DNA from: an uncultured Bacilli bacterium | GTDB lineage: Bacteria; Bacillota_I; Bacilli_A; RF39; UBA660 | Assembly (NCBI GenBank): GCA_947626095.1 | Contig: CANQQV010000009.1 | Location: 1-64,000, forward strand | Direction of reading: 5' to 3' | Length of the DNA stretch: 64,000 nucleotides | Shown here: one piece after another, positions 18,208 to 28,442 of the stretch | How the letters are laid out: every line of letters begins with the position of its first letter | Position numbering within the stretch: the first letter of the stretch is position 1 | Notes under the pieces: generated by a model | Database searches by the model: none | What the model was told of the DNA's origin: nothing | Seen by the model: only the letters and a program-made list of their open reading frames with translations | Translations under genes and position numbers: made by a program

Positions 18208-20061
18208 TTATTTCACCTCGATTCGACTGGACGAATTATTTTTTAAGATATCTTTTAAATCTATTTTAGTTAAATCTAGATTGATATTAGGAAGATTAGA
18301 AGAGCTTTCAGGATTAGGTTTAATCTCTTTAACACTCTTTTTAATTCTTGGTAGGCTTAAGAAATCTAAGGTATGAGCTTTAAAAGCTGGTAATAATAAA
18401 TCGTCACTAGCAATTCTAATTAAACATTCACGATTATTTAGTTCAGATAATAGTTTTATTTTAGTATCTTTTTGATCATCTAAAGGAATTTTAATATTTA
18501 AATTATCAACAAGTAAGGTAGCATCTAATTTAGAGACGCGAAAGATATAATAGTTAATAACATTAGCAAAGATTGAATCTTTTAAATTAGTCGATATTTG
18601 ATTAAAGTACTGACTAGCTAAAATTAAAGATAAATTATATTTACGAGATTCTGATAGGAAACGACTAAGAATAGGATTTTCAATAACTGCTACTTCATCA
18701 ATAATAAAGATAATATGTTTATTAAAGGTATGAGCTTCAATTAAAGATAGGAGTTGTTCCATAATAAGACCAGATATAGTTTTAGTTACTTTATCACCTA
18801 GTTTAGTACGATCTAAAGAAAAGATAGTTAAAAAATTATTATTAATAGTATCTTTTAGATTCGTATTTAGATTATTTTCGTTAAAGATTGGTAACATTTC
18901 CATTTCATCGATAAAAGCTATTATAGGTGAGATAGCTTCACTATATGATTTAGTTTTTAAATCGTTAAAATCAGTTAAAAAGAAGTCAATAACGCTTGAT
19001 GGTAAATGATCTTTATTTTGTTTAATTAAATAGTTACGATATTCAATATCTAATATTACTTTTCTTAATGTATTAAAATTAAATTCTTTAGAACTTAGTA
19101 AAAGATAAATAGTATGTCTTAAGACTCTTTCTAATTTAGAATTATATTGATCAGCGATTAAACTTTTAAATAGGTCAAGTAAGTTTTCGGTAGCACTTAC
19201 TACATCATTAGATGGATTAGTAAATAAATTAATACTATCACTTAAGGTTTTAAAATCAATTACTTGACCTAAGGCTCCAATATCATTTTCTAAGGAAGCA
19301 TGAGGATCAATTAAAACGACTTTATAATTGTCTTGATTAGTTTTATTTAAGTTAGCTATAAAAGATGCAATAAATTTGGATTTACCAGAGCCTGATGAAC
19401 CTAAAACTAAAGAATGTTTAGCAAAGGAATAATTGTTTTGCGGTAGATAAAAATTACCTTCTAAGTAAGGAAAAGTATCTACTTGAAATAGCGAATCTAT
19501 TTTATCACTATTAAGTAAATGTAAGACTTTGTTGATATCTAAGTACTTAGGAACATTTTGATAAGTAAAACGTTTATTAGCACTAAAGTTAATACTTAAT
19601 AAGTTAGATGGAATTGAGAGAATCATTTTAGTTTTAAAGATAATATTATTTTGTTTAATAAATAAATGCGTTTTAGATAATATTTTGTTAGAACCTATTT
19701 TACGGAAAGTTATTTGGACTTTATTAATCGTACCAATGTTGTTAATTTCACAATAGTTATAAACATCTAATAAACTACTACCAATATTAAAATACATTGG
19801 TAATGATAAGTAGTAATTATAGTTATCTAATGGTGAACATTTTTTTAAAAGAATAAAATCAATATTATTAATGGTTGTTGGTAATTTGTGTTTCGTAGTT
19901 ATAAAATATTGGATTTTATTTTGATCAAATTTAATAGTTAGTGTCCAGTTACGAAAATAGCCAAGATGATTAGAAATTATATTAATAAAATTTTGCCATT
20001 CCTCTTTAGTTATATTGTTTTTAGTTAGATATATTTCAGATGAGTACCCCATAAACATCAC
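18208..20061 (-). CDS. HerA/VirB4/TraD-like P-loop ATPase (DUF87)
   Basis: HSLVLGSSGSGKS, LIDPH, IIDE, SESRKY, LASQY. Confidence 0.85.
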   Translation of the reverse strand: MMFMGYSSEIYLTKNNITKEEWQNFINIISNHLGYFRNWTLTIKFDQNKIQYFITTKHKLPTTINNIDFILLKKCSPLDNYNYYLSLPMYFNIGSSLLDVYNYCEINNIGTINKVQITFRKIGSNKILSKTHLFIKQNNIIFKTKMILSIPSNLLSINFSANKRFTYQNVPKYLDINKVLHLLNSDKIDSLFQVDTFPYLEGNFYLPQNNYSFAKHSLVLGSSGSGKSKFIASFIANLNKTNQDNYKVVLIDPHASLENDIGALGQVIDFKTLSDSINLFTNPSNDVVSATENLLDLFKSLIADQYNSKLERVLRHTIYLLLSSKEFNFNTLRKVILDIEYRNYLIKQNKDHLPSSVIDFFLTDFNDLKTKSYSEAISPIIAFIDEMEMLPIFNENNLNTNLKDTINNNFLTIFSLDRTKLGDKVTKTISGLIMEQLLSLIEAHTFNKHIIFIIDEVAVIENPILSRFLSESRKYNLSLILASQYFNQISTNLKDSIFANVINYYIFRVSKLDATLLVDNLNIKIPLDDQKDTKIKLLSELNNRECLIRIASDDLLLPAFKAHTLDFLSLPRIKKSVKEIKPNPESSSNLPNINLDLTKIDLKDILKNNSSSRIEVK

Positions 20062-20107
20062 CTCATGCTAACATTATAAAAGAAAGCCAATTAAAAAAAC
20101 TGACTTT

Positions 20108-20923
20108 TTAGTTATCAGTTTTGTCAGTTTGTAAGGGAACTAAGAATTCCGTTATATCATCATGATAGTATTCTAGTTCAGGAGCATCTGAGAAGTTTAA
20201 ATTAGAACTAGGTAAAAATTCTAGATAAAATTTATCAGACATTGCTTGAATATCTTGAGGATTCTGCGTAGATATTTTAAAGGCAACATATTTACTAGCC
20301 GGAATAGTTATCTTTTCAAATTTAGGTATTTGTTTATCATATAAAATCCAATAAGCATTGCAATATCTTCGTTCGATGTCCGTATAAGTTATCATTCCAT
20401 AAGGAATATCACCATAATCTTTTTCATATTTTATTAAACATTCGTGAAAGAATCTTGGTGCATCAGCATTAATATGATCATTATCAGTATCAACTTTACA
20501 ACCATATAAAGTTAATTCAGGTAGATTAATTATTTCGTAAGGAATTTCGGTAGTTAAGGTAATATCTTCATTAAAGGTAATACGAGGGAATATCTTAAGT
20601 TTAGTTTCTTTAGTTACCTGACTTGGTTTAAGGCCATGGAATTGTTCAAAGGCACGGGAAAATGAAGTGGCATTGTCATAACAATATTTAATCGCTATAT
20701 CCATTATCTTATTATTACCAGAATATAGTTCTTCACCAGCTACAGATAATCTTCTTTTTCTAATATATTCAGTTAAAGTAACATTAGTTAGTAAAGAAAA
20801 GATTCTTTGCATAGTATAAGAATTAACACCTAACATCATAGCTATTTTATTAAAATCTATTTTATCTTCTAAATGATTATCAATGTATTCAGTTATTTTA
20901 TTTAAAGAAGCATATATGTTCAT
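20108..20923 (-). CDS. AraC family regulator with GyrI-like effector domain
   Basis: YIRKRRLS, IAIKYCYDNATSFSRAF, C-terminal IPASKY..PELEYY. Confidence 0.9.
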   Translation of the reverse strand: MNIYASLNKITEYIDNHLEDKIDFNKIAMMLGVNSYTMQRIFSLLTNVTLTEYIRKRRLSVAGEELYSGNNKIMDIAIKYCYDNATSFSRAFEQFHGLKPSQVTKETKLKIFPRITFNEDITLTTEIPYEIINLPELTLYGCKVDTDNDHINADAPRFFHECLIKYEKDYGDIPYGMITYTDIERRYCNAYWILYDKQIPKFEKITIPASKYVAFKISTQNPQDIQAMSDKFYLEFLPSSNLNFSDAPELEYYHDDITEFLVPLQTDKTDN

Positions 20924-20974
20924 GTCATCACCTATATTTATTTTATCATAAAAAATAAGTACATAACGTACTTA

Positions 20975-21862
20975 TTAAATCTTATGACTTTCTAAAACAT
21001 CATTTTCGTATTTACGATTAAGACGATTCCATCTTAAATTATTGATGAATAGTTGGAAGAACTTCTTTTCATCTTTTAAATACCAGTATTCTTCATACTC
21101 TATTTTATCAGGATTAAATTTAACACTATGAAAATTCATTTTCTTTAATTTAGCTGCTAGTTTAGTTAAGAAATCTAATTCTTGTTGACTATAATATTGT
21201 CTTTGAAAAACATGGATTTTAAAATCCTCAGAGTTAGAAAAGATTAAACTAATTAAATCGTCAAAAGAATGAGAATGAAGATGATTACGATTATTTTCTT
21301 TTTTAGTACCACCAAATTGGTAATATAAATTATTGGTATAAACATAGTCTAATGCATGATAAATAGATTCAAAATATTCACCAGCCACAACATAGTAATT
21401 ATGATTATATAGATTGACTTTTTTAGGAATAACAACTTTGCGATATTTATTATATACTTCAAGAGCTATATTATAGACTTTAGTACTTGGATAATCTTTT
21501 TTGTTAAATTCACGATTTTTATCATAAGCGATTTTTAATTTATCATTTAATAAATCTTTTTGAAGTCCTTTAATATATTTTAATTCTTCTTCACTATATT
21601 CCTCTTTATATTCTTTAGGAATTTTAAAAGTATCTTTATTTTTTAATAAAGCTTCTAATACTTCACTTAAGTTATGAACTTCATATATTTTATCTTTAGC
21701 TTCATAATGGTATGTTAGATATAAACCAATAAAATCTTGAAATAATAAGTTTAAATCTAAGTATTCTTTATCATTGTAGATATAACAGGTATAATTTTCT
21801 TTGTTGTTAGTATAATGATATGGAACTGTAATACCTTTATATTTTCTTTTCATATTCATCAT
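20975..21862 (-). CDS. hypothetical protein with internal duplication
   Basis: Two copies of H.l..l...l..N...FKI......YS..EL..L. Confidence 0.7.
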   Translation of the reverse strand: MMNMKRKYKGITVPYHYTNNKENYTCYIYNDKEYLDLNLLFQDFIGLYLTYHYEAKDKIYEVHNLSEVLEALLKNKDTFKIPKEYKEEYSEEELKYIKGLQKDLLNDKLKIAYDKNREFNKKDYPSTKVYNIALEVYNKYRKVVIPKKVNLYNHNYYVVAGEYFESIYHALDYVYTNNLYYQFGGTKKENNRNHLHSHSFDDLISLIFSNSEDFKIHVFQRQYYSQQELDFLTKLAAKLKKMNFHSVKFNPDKIEYEEYWYLKDEKKFFQLFINNLRWNRLNRKYENDVLESHKI

Positions 21863-21883
21863 CTTCTTAATATAATTTTATCA

Positions 21884-22459
21884 TTATTTAAGTTCATTAG
21901 CTAGGAATATTTTAGCAGCATTAAATCTTTTATCAACTATTTTTTTACCTTGATCACTTAGTTTATTATAACTTCTAGTTAGTTTATCTAAAACAAATTT
22001 AGCGCCATCATCAATAGATAGCTGTTTTTCAACATAAACCATTCTTAAAAGAGATGGAATACTATAAAAGTGAGCCATAGCATCACTATCAGCAAGACAG
22101 ATTTCTTCAGGAGTAGTTTTTTTAGCTAGACGGCTACCACGATGATTTAAAATACATTTTTTAATTAAAGCAATTTTATCTTTTTCTAAGCCATACTCAG
22201 TTAATAATCTTTCAGCTATCTCAGCCCCAATGATATGATGTTCTTCAGTGTAATCCTTATTAGTTACAGAAGCAATATCATGTAATAGAGCGGCGAGGGC
22301 GACAATATCTTTATTAGCTCCATATTTTTTACTGTTAGCAACTGCTAACTTATAAACAAGTTCAATGTGATGATCCCAAGCTCCCATACCATAGAAGTTT
22401 GTTTCAGCTTCACATCTTCTTTTAACTTCGTCATATACTTTATTAATAATTTCTTGCAT
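21884..22459 (-). CDS. HD-domain phosphohydrolase
   Basis: H..ALLHD..HH..NHR..DSD. Confidence 0.88.
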   Translation of the reverse strand: MQEIINKVYDEVKRRCEAETNFYGMGAWDHHIELVYKLAVANSKKYGANKDIVALAALLHDIASVTNKDYTEEHHIIGAEIAERLLTEYGLEKDKIALIKKCILNHRGSRLAKKTTPEEICLADSDAMAHFYSIPSLLRMVYVEKQLSIDDGAKFVLDKLTRSYNKLSDQGKKIVDKRFNAAKIFLANELK

Positions 22460-22538
22460 AATAATCTCCTCTGTACAACAAGTTTATTATAATACAAATA
22501 CTATTAATTACAAAGAAAAAAGCTTAAATAATTAAGCT

Positions 22539-23603
22539 TTAGGCATTGTATACTTCACCATAAACATATGATAAGTCACGAGCTTTAAAGTTATCTAAAC
22601 TACTATATTTTCGTTTTTGAACAACTAAGCCATGTTCGCTTCCACCCTCTTCAGCTACTAAGAAGTAACCTTCGTCAGGATGGTTTTCAACAATTAAACC
22701 AACATGGGAATTGTTAGATACTATAATATCTCCAGGACGAGCATTAGAGAATTTAATTTCACTACCAACAGTTTTAAAGTCTTGAGTAGATTTAGTTGTA
22801 AAGCTACCATTAGCCCCTTGATTAACCGCCCAGGATACGAAAGAACTACAATCAGTACCATTAATAACTTCAGATAAAGGAAAAGTCTCTGGATTATGTG
22901 TACTGTAGTGAGCAGTATTACTTTTATATTCGGCATTATATGATATTTTTTTACCGACTTCAGCAGCCATATGCATTAAACCAACAGCACAATTAACTGC
23001 TGCATTACGACCAGTATATTGGCTTTTGATATCATCTAAGGTACTAGTTAGTTGCTCTTGATTAACATGATTATAGAAAGAATCGTTGATAATTGACAAT
23101 TTACCTTGCTCATTCCAATTATATAAATCGGCAATTTGATCAGCATAATTTTGATATTCTTTTTCTGGTTCATAAGTAACAGTTTCAACTTCAGATGTTA
23201 AGCTACCGATTATACTAAGAATAGAATTTATTTCAAATTTCAAATCAGAATTAGTAGATTCTAATTCACTTATACGACTTGATAAATTACTACGAGCATT
23301 AGAATTTTCTGGAGTATTAGAAAGACTGTTATATTCATTACGTAGGCCTTCTATTGATTCTTTATTATCTTTATATCTTTGTAACTTATTTAGAGCATTA
23401 GTAAATGATTTAATAAAAGTTATTTCACTATTTATTTTACGAATTGTTTTTTCTAAATTTTTAGATTGAGTATTATAAGCATCGCCACTCCATACTGAAC
23501 CAAAGGAAATACTATTTAATTCCTGAGTTAAGCTTTCAAAGCTTGTTAAAGCAGAAGTTATATTACTTGCTATAGATGCATAATTCATATTCATCGACCT
23601 CAC
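22539..23603 (-). CDS. WXG100-like N-terminus plus NlpC/P60-like hydrolase
   Basis: Helical N-terminus with WSGDAY, coiled coil, GTDCSSFVSWA, PGDIIV..SHVGLI. Confidence 0.75.
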   Translation of the reverse strand: MRSMNMNYASIASNITSALTSFESLTQELNSISFGSVWSGDAYNTQSKNLEKTIRKINSEITFIKSFTNALNKLQRYKDNKESIEGLRNEYNSLSNTPENSNARSNLSSRISELESTNSDLKFEINSILSIIGSLTSEVETVTYEPEKEYQNYADQIADLYNWNEQGKLSIINDSFYNHVNQEQLTSTLDDIKSQYTGRNAAVNCAVGLMHMAAEVGKKISYNAEYKSNTAHYSTHNPETFPLSEVINGTDCSSFVSWAVNQGANGSFTTKSTQDFKTVGSEIKFSNARPGDIIVSNNSHVGLIVENHPDEGYFLVAEEGGSEHGLVVQKRKYSSLDNFKARDLSYVYGEVYNA

Positions 23604-23678
23604 TATTATAATTATAGCATAAGAATTATTTATTTGTTTATTAAATCATTTATGATATGATAAGTAGCAGGAGGTTTT

Positions 23679-24506
23679 ATGAAAATATTTAACATTGAAG
23701 ATAATAAAGAGGTTGTCTATGTACAGTTAGATGATTTAGCTACTTTAATGCGTTCAGACGAAGAAATTCCCGCAGTTATTGTTACACAGGTATTTGGTAG
23801 TGGAGTTGTTATTATTAATGAAGATAATAATAGTGAGTTTGTACGTTTTGATGAACCAGTAGCTGTTAAGTTTTTTAAAGATGCAGATTGGATAGTTGAT
23901 TTTAAACAATGTTATCATCTTAGTGAACAAGAATTATTTGATCATGGACAAGTAACATTGGATGAAATGAATGAAATAGCTGAGCAATTTAATGCTTTGC
24001 CACAAGAAGAAAGAAAAAATCATATGGACTTAAAAAATAGACACGAATTACTAGGTCATAAATTTGCAACAATACCAAAGGTTTTATGGTTTAAACAAGG
24101 ATTTGTGTCAATTCCTATACCAGAAGTTATTGATAGTCAAGGATTTACATTAGCAGGAGATGAAAAGATTCCATATGAAGTAAAGCAAGGGCTTAATCCA
24201 ATGCAATCATTTTTATATCGTACAGATGGTAAAGAATTAGATGATAAGGAAATTATTCCACTAGGGCTAATACAATCAGCTTTAAGTTTATTAATTATGA
24301 ATAATATGGAATGTAATGAATTCTTTGGTGATTTTGATCAAACTAAAAAGTTAAGTGATGATAAGAAATATTTTATTACTAGTTTAAGAGTATTACCTAA
24401 AGAAGAAATTAAAGAAGAAGCTGTAGAGAAAAAAGATAGTAAAGATACTAAATTAAGTTTAGGTAAAAGAGTTAAAAATTTCTTTAACGGTTTATTAAAA
24501 GGATAG
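23679..24506 (+). CDS. hypothetical protein
   Basis: 275-aa ORF with AGGAGG RBS and upstream TATGAT. Confidence 0.75.
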   Translation: MKIFNIEDNKEVVYVQLDDLATLMRSDEEIPAVIVTQVFGSGVVIINEDNNSEFVRFDEPVAVKFFKDADWIVDFKQCYHLSEQELFDHGQVTLDEMNEIAEQFNALPQEERKNHMDLKNRHELLGHKFATIPKVLWFKQGFVSIPIPEVIDSQGFTLAGDEKIPYEVKQGLNPMQSFLYRTDGKELDDKEIIPLGLIQSALSLLIMNNMECNEFFGDFDQTKKLSDDKKYFITSLRVLPKEEIKEEAVEKKDSKDTKLSLGKRVKNFFNGLLKG

Positions 24507-24514
24507 ATAAGTAA

Positions 24515-25816
24515 TTATCTATCCTTTTTGATTATATTATAGACACTTTCTAAGTCACTAAAACTAATTGGGTATTCTTCTTTAGTTTGCATATTACGTA
24601 AATTAAAAGTTTGTTTATTTATTTCATCTTCACCTAAAATAATAACGAAAGGTATATTTTCTTTATTACAATAATCTAAGCTCTTTTTAATTTTTTTATC
24701 AGTCATTTCTAAATCAATATTTAAGTTATATTTACGTAAGTCATTAGCTAGTTTTAAACTTTCAAATTTAGTACCTAAAGGAATAATGTATAAATCTAAA
24801 GTAACATTATTATTGAGGGTTTCATCATTTTTTAAAAGTTCAAAGATAGAAGTTAAACCAAAACTAATACCAACAGCGGGATAAGAAGTACCATCATTAA
24901 TGAAGTCAGTAATCATTTTGTCATAACGACCTCCCCCACCAATAGCGCCGCTTAATTTACCATTTTTTTCATATACTTCAAAAACATTACCAGTATAATA
25001 ATCTTGACCACGAGCTAGGGATGAAGTAAAGACACAATATTTTTCAATACCTAATTCTTTGATAAACTCTACTAGGTTATTTAATTCAGTTAAACCTTTA
25101 ATAATTAGTTCATTATCAGTATTTTTAAATTTTTTATTTAACTCGTTTAAGTCTAAAGTAAAATAATTAAGTAACGTATCTATTTGTTTATTAGATAAAT
25201 CTAATTTAAGTAATTCAGTAGTTAGTTCTTCTTTAGATAGTTTATCTATTTTATCTAAAATAGTTATAGTACTAGGGATTAAATCTTCTTTAACACCAGC
25301 TTCTTTAATTAAACCACTCATTAGATTACGACTATTGAATTTTATTGTTATTTCGATATTTAGTTTAGTAAAAGCATCGACATAAAGATTTAGTAATTCC
25401 GCTTCAATCATTTGATTATCTAGACCAACTACATCAACGTCACATTGAGTAAATTCACGGTCACGACCAACTTTGACTGGTCCATCACGGAATACTTTAT
25501 TTATTTCATATCTTTTAAATGGTAGCTTAATTTCATTTTTATTTAAAGCAATAAATTTAGCAAAAGGAACAGTTAAGTCATAACGAAGTCCTAATTTACG
25601 ATTACCTTGGTCAGTTAGTTTGTATATTTCATTTAGAATATCATTATTCTCATCATATTTACCTGCTAACATATCAAAGTAACATAAGATACTAGTTTCA
25701 ATTGGTTGATAACCATAGTTTTCAAAAGTACTCTTTAAAACACCATTAATATAATTTCTGATTTTTTGTTCTTTAGGTAGGAAATCATAACCTCCTTTAA
25801 CATTTTGTATTATCAT
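24515..25816 (-). CDS. hisS: histidine--tRNA ligase
   Basis: LRYDLTVP, FRD, REFTQCD, RGQDYY, GGGRYD. Confidence 0.96.
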   Translation of the reverse strand: MIIQNVKGGYDFLPKEQKIRNYINGVLKSTFENYGYQPIETSILCYFDMLAGKYDENNDILNEIYKLTDQGNRKLGLRYDLTVPFAKFIALNKNEIKLPFKRYEINKVFRDGPVKVGRDREFTQCDVDVVGLDNQMIEAELLNLYVDAFTKLNIEITIKFNSRNLMSGLIKEAGVKEDLIPSTITILDKIDKLSKEELTTELLKLDLSNKQIDTLLNYFTLDLNELNKKFKNTDNELIIKGLTELNNLVEFIKELGIEKYCVFTSSLARGQDYYTGNVFEVYEKNGKLSGAIGGGGRYDKMITDFINDGTSYPAVGISFGLTSIFELLKNDETLNNNVTLDLYIIPLGTKFESLKLANDLRKYNLNIDLEMTDKKIKKSLDYCNKENIPFVIILGEDEINKQTFNLRNMQTKEEYPISFSDLESVYNIIKKDR

Positions 25817-25851
25817 ATTATCTCCTTCTTTCTTTTTAGGTGCTTATTACT

Positions 25852-25960
25852 AAAAAAGAACTATACGCTTGTATAGTTCTAAATTTTATTTATTATATAC
25901 AAGTAACAAGCATCACAAATAACACTTGTTACCATAACGATTGTTATTTAAACAAGTGTA
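25852..25960 (-). promoter_or_regulatory. His transcription attenuator of hisS
   Basis: Alternative pairings ACACTTGTT/AACAAGTGT, GTAACAAG/CTTGTTAC, CTTGTATA/TATACAAG; terminator AGAACTATAC-AAGC-GTATAGTTCT+U. Confidence 0.85.
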
Positions 25961-26003
25961 GATTATTATGATGATGTACATGTAAATTTAATATTTCTAA
26001 CAT
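25944..26003 (-). CDS. His-rich leader peptide MLEILNLHVHHHNNLHLFK
   Basis: 19 codons with 5 His, RBS AAAGGGAAG, stop inside the attenuator. Confidence 0.85.
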   Translation of the reverse strand: MLEILNLHVHHHNNLHLFK

Positions 26004-26191
26004 AGTAATCTTCCCTTTCATGTTTATATCTTAATATGAAATAATTGTTTTGTCAAAAAAAAGCTACATGAAGTAGCTATATATACTTATTAATACTAAA
26101 CTTTATTGATGATTTACTAATCATGATGTGCTAAACATAAATATAATTTTTTTGGTAAATCAATTATCTAATGTTTAATACTACTAAGTAA

Positions 26192-26401
26192 TTAAATTGC
26201 TTGATGGATTTGTTGAACGTTTTTAGCTTGGTAGCCTTTAGCAGTTTCAACTAAATCAAAATAAACATTGTCTCCTTGATTTAAAGTTTTATAACCATCC
26301 TGTAGAATAGCTGAATAATGAACAAATATATCTTCATTCTCCTTATATTCTATAAATCCATATCCTTTTTCATTATTAAACCATTTTACTTTACTTTCCA
26401 T
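26192..26401 (-). CDS. cold-shock protein
   Basis: [23 protein letters not shown]. Confidence 0.95.
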   Translation of the reverse strand: MESKVKWFNNEKGYGFIEYKENEDIFVHYSAILQDGYKTLNQGDNVYFDLVETAKGYQAKNVQQIHQAI

Positions 26402-26489
26402 TTTTATTCCTCCTCTAGCTTAGCACATTGATATTATGCCATACTCCAGAGTCGGTTATTGTCGAAATTTTAAATTTTTGAAAATTTTT

Positions 26490-26918
26490 TTATAAATAAT
26501 TATCTAAGTCTAAATCTATTTCTAATTCACCAGCAAAATAAGAAGGATTAGTATCTGAATTTAATTCACTAATAAAGCATATTTCAATTATATATTTGTT
26601 TTTAATCCATCTAGTTATTTTAGAATGATAATTAGTAATAAAGCCCATTTTACCATCGATAGTAAAAAATAATTCAGAGCCTTCTATATAAGAATCAAAC
26701 TCTATTGTTTTATATGATTCTATTTTAAGTAAATCTTGTAAAGGACAATTAAGTTCAAAACTAACGGATATTTTATGACTATCAAATTCACTATCGACGT
26801 CAAAAGATAAAGAATCATAATAACTTGTTTCTTTAGTTTTAACATTGTGTATTTCGTTTTTGAATTTTTCAATTGTTATTTGTTCTTGTTGTTTTTCTAT
26901 TTTATTAAATCTAAACAT
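26490..26918 (-). CDS. hypothetical protein
   Basis: 142-aa ORF, AAGGAG RBS, coupled to upstream gene. Confidence 0.65.
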   Translation of the reverse strand: MFRFNKIEKQQEQITIEKFKNEIHNVKTKETSYYDSLSFDVDSEFDSHKISVSFELNCPLQDLLKIESYKTIEFDSYIEGSELFFTIDGKMGFITNYHSKITRWIKNKYIIEICFISELNSDTNPSYFAGELEIDLDLDNYL

Positions 26919-26919
26919 A

Positions 26920-28422
26920 TTAACTCCTTTTTAATATTAATTTATTTATTTGATCATTATTTTTTAATTTTGTTAGTGCTTGGTTTTGAAGAATTAAAAT
27001 CTCTTCTAAAGGTATATTAAGAATTTCAGCTATTTCATCGTCATCTAATAAGTTTTGAAATCTTAAAATAATATATTTTTGTTCAATTGGACTTAGAGTT
27101 TTTATAATATTAATCATTTCATCACTAAAATATGAAGTATCAACCATTGAAGAAGTATCAGATAAATTATCAAGATATTCTTTCGCGCTATCAAATTTTA
27201 TTTTACTATTTAAACTTAGTTGATCATTTTCTTTTAAATCCCTAATTATCTTTCTTTTTAAACAACCGGTAATATAAGCATTCATATAACTAATTATTTG
27301 GCCAAGATACCTGGAATTTGTTCGATCAATAAATTCAAATGCTAATAGGTCGGCTTCTGATTTTAATTCTAGGTAATAATCGCTATTGGGAAGAATATGA
27401 TATATTTTGCTTAAATCACTAACTATTTTACGAATACTTAAAAATATTTTATTATAAATTAATTGTCTTGTATCATATATTCCAGAATAGTAGTATCCAA
27501 GTAAAAAGTTTATTTCAAATAAGTCGATACGACCAACACATTTTAAGACTGTATTAATTCTTTTAATATCTAATAATATTTTGCCATTTTGTTCTTTGCC
27601 AAAATACCAGACAAAGTATATGGCTTTTATAGTACTATAATTAAATGTTTTTACCAAATCGACTGATGCTTTATCTATATTTAGTATAGAAATTATTTCT
27701 TGGTATTCTTCTTCAGTTTGACAATTATTTAATTTGACAAATGCATCTTTACGAATTTTAATATGATATTTTTTGATAGCTTCATTTAATTCTTCATCAG
27801 ATATATCTTGTGGATTAGGTATATTCATATGATCTAAGTAACTAAAAATATTAGCATAAGATAAGTTATTTCTTTTACAAAAATCAACCAGTCTTTCACC
27901 ATGATAAAACCATATTTCTTTATATTCATGGTGTTTCTTGTAATACTCTATAGCAGCAGATACTATTTCATCATCACTAAGTTTAGGATTAGCTTCGCGA
28001 ATATTAGCAATATAAGTTTTTAATGTTGGATAGATGTAACCTTTTAAATCACAATATTTCTTTAAACTTAATCCCTCTATTTTATAACGAGGTATTCGTT
28101 TAGTTGGATCATCTGCAAAGTAAGCAGCTAATTTATGATTTATTTCGTTAATATCGGTTAAATCTTTTATATGACGATAGATCCTTTGAAAGTTATAGTC
28201 ATGAGTAAGACAATATTGTCTTAAAGACGTACCTTGATAAGTAAAGCGACAACGGGGATCTTGATAATCTTCGATGGCTTTTTTAACTATTTCTGTCGCT
28301 GATAAATCTGGATTGATTTTTTTTAAATCATTAATACGAGCTAGAATACGTGAATAACTAACATCATTTTTAGCACAGTATTGTCTTAAAGATAGACCTT
28401 GATAAAAATATACTCTACTCAT
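26920..28422 (-). CDS. sigma-70-like protein with four N-terminal HTH-like repeats
   Basis: Repeats Y.G.SL..YC......Y..I...I; C-terminal region 4 (LSPIEQKYIILRF..EIAEIL..ALTKLK) and degenerate region 2. Confidence 0.65.
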   Translation of the reverse strand: MSRVYFYQGLSLRQYCAKNDVSYSRILARINDLKKINPDLSATEIVKKAIEDYQDPRCRFTYQGTSLRQYCLTHDYNFQRIYRHIKDLTDINEINHKLAAYFADDPTKRIPRYKIEGLSLKKYCDLKGYIYPTLKTYIANIREANPKLSDDEIVSAAIEYYKKHHEYKEIWFYHGERLVDFCKRNNLSYANIFSYLDHMNIPNPQDISDEELNEAIKKYHIKIRKDAFVKLNNCQTEEEYQEIISILNIDKASVDLVKTFNYSTIKAIYFVWYFGKEQNGKILLDIKRINTVLKCVGRIDLFEINFLLGYYYSGIYDTRQLIYNKIFLSIRKIVSDLSKIYHILPNSDYYLELKSEADLLAFEFIDRTNSRYLGQIISYMNAYITGCLKRKIIRDLKENDQLSLNSKIKFDSAKEYLDNLSDTSSMVDTSYFSDEMINIIKTLSPIEQKYIILRFQNLLDDDEIAEILNIPLEEILILQNQALTKLKNNDQINKLILKRS

Positions 28423-28442
28423 AATTCCCCCCTATTAAATTA

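Noticed and set aside
26431-26466. Sporulation-sigma promoter and Spo0A box upstream of csp
   Set aside because: GGCATAATA and TGTCGAA are present but the -35 match is poor; short motifs are expected by chance
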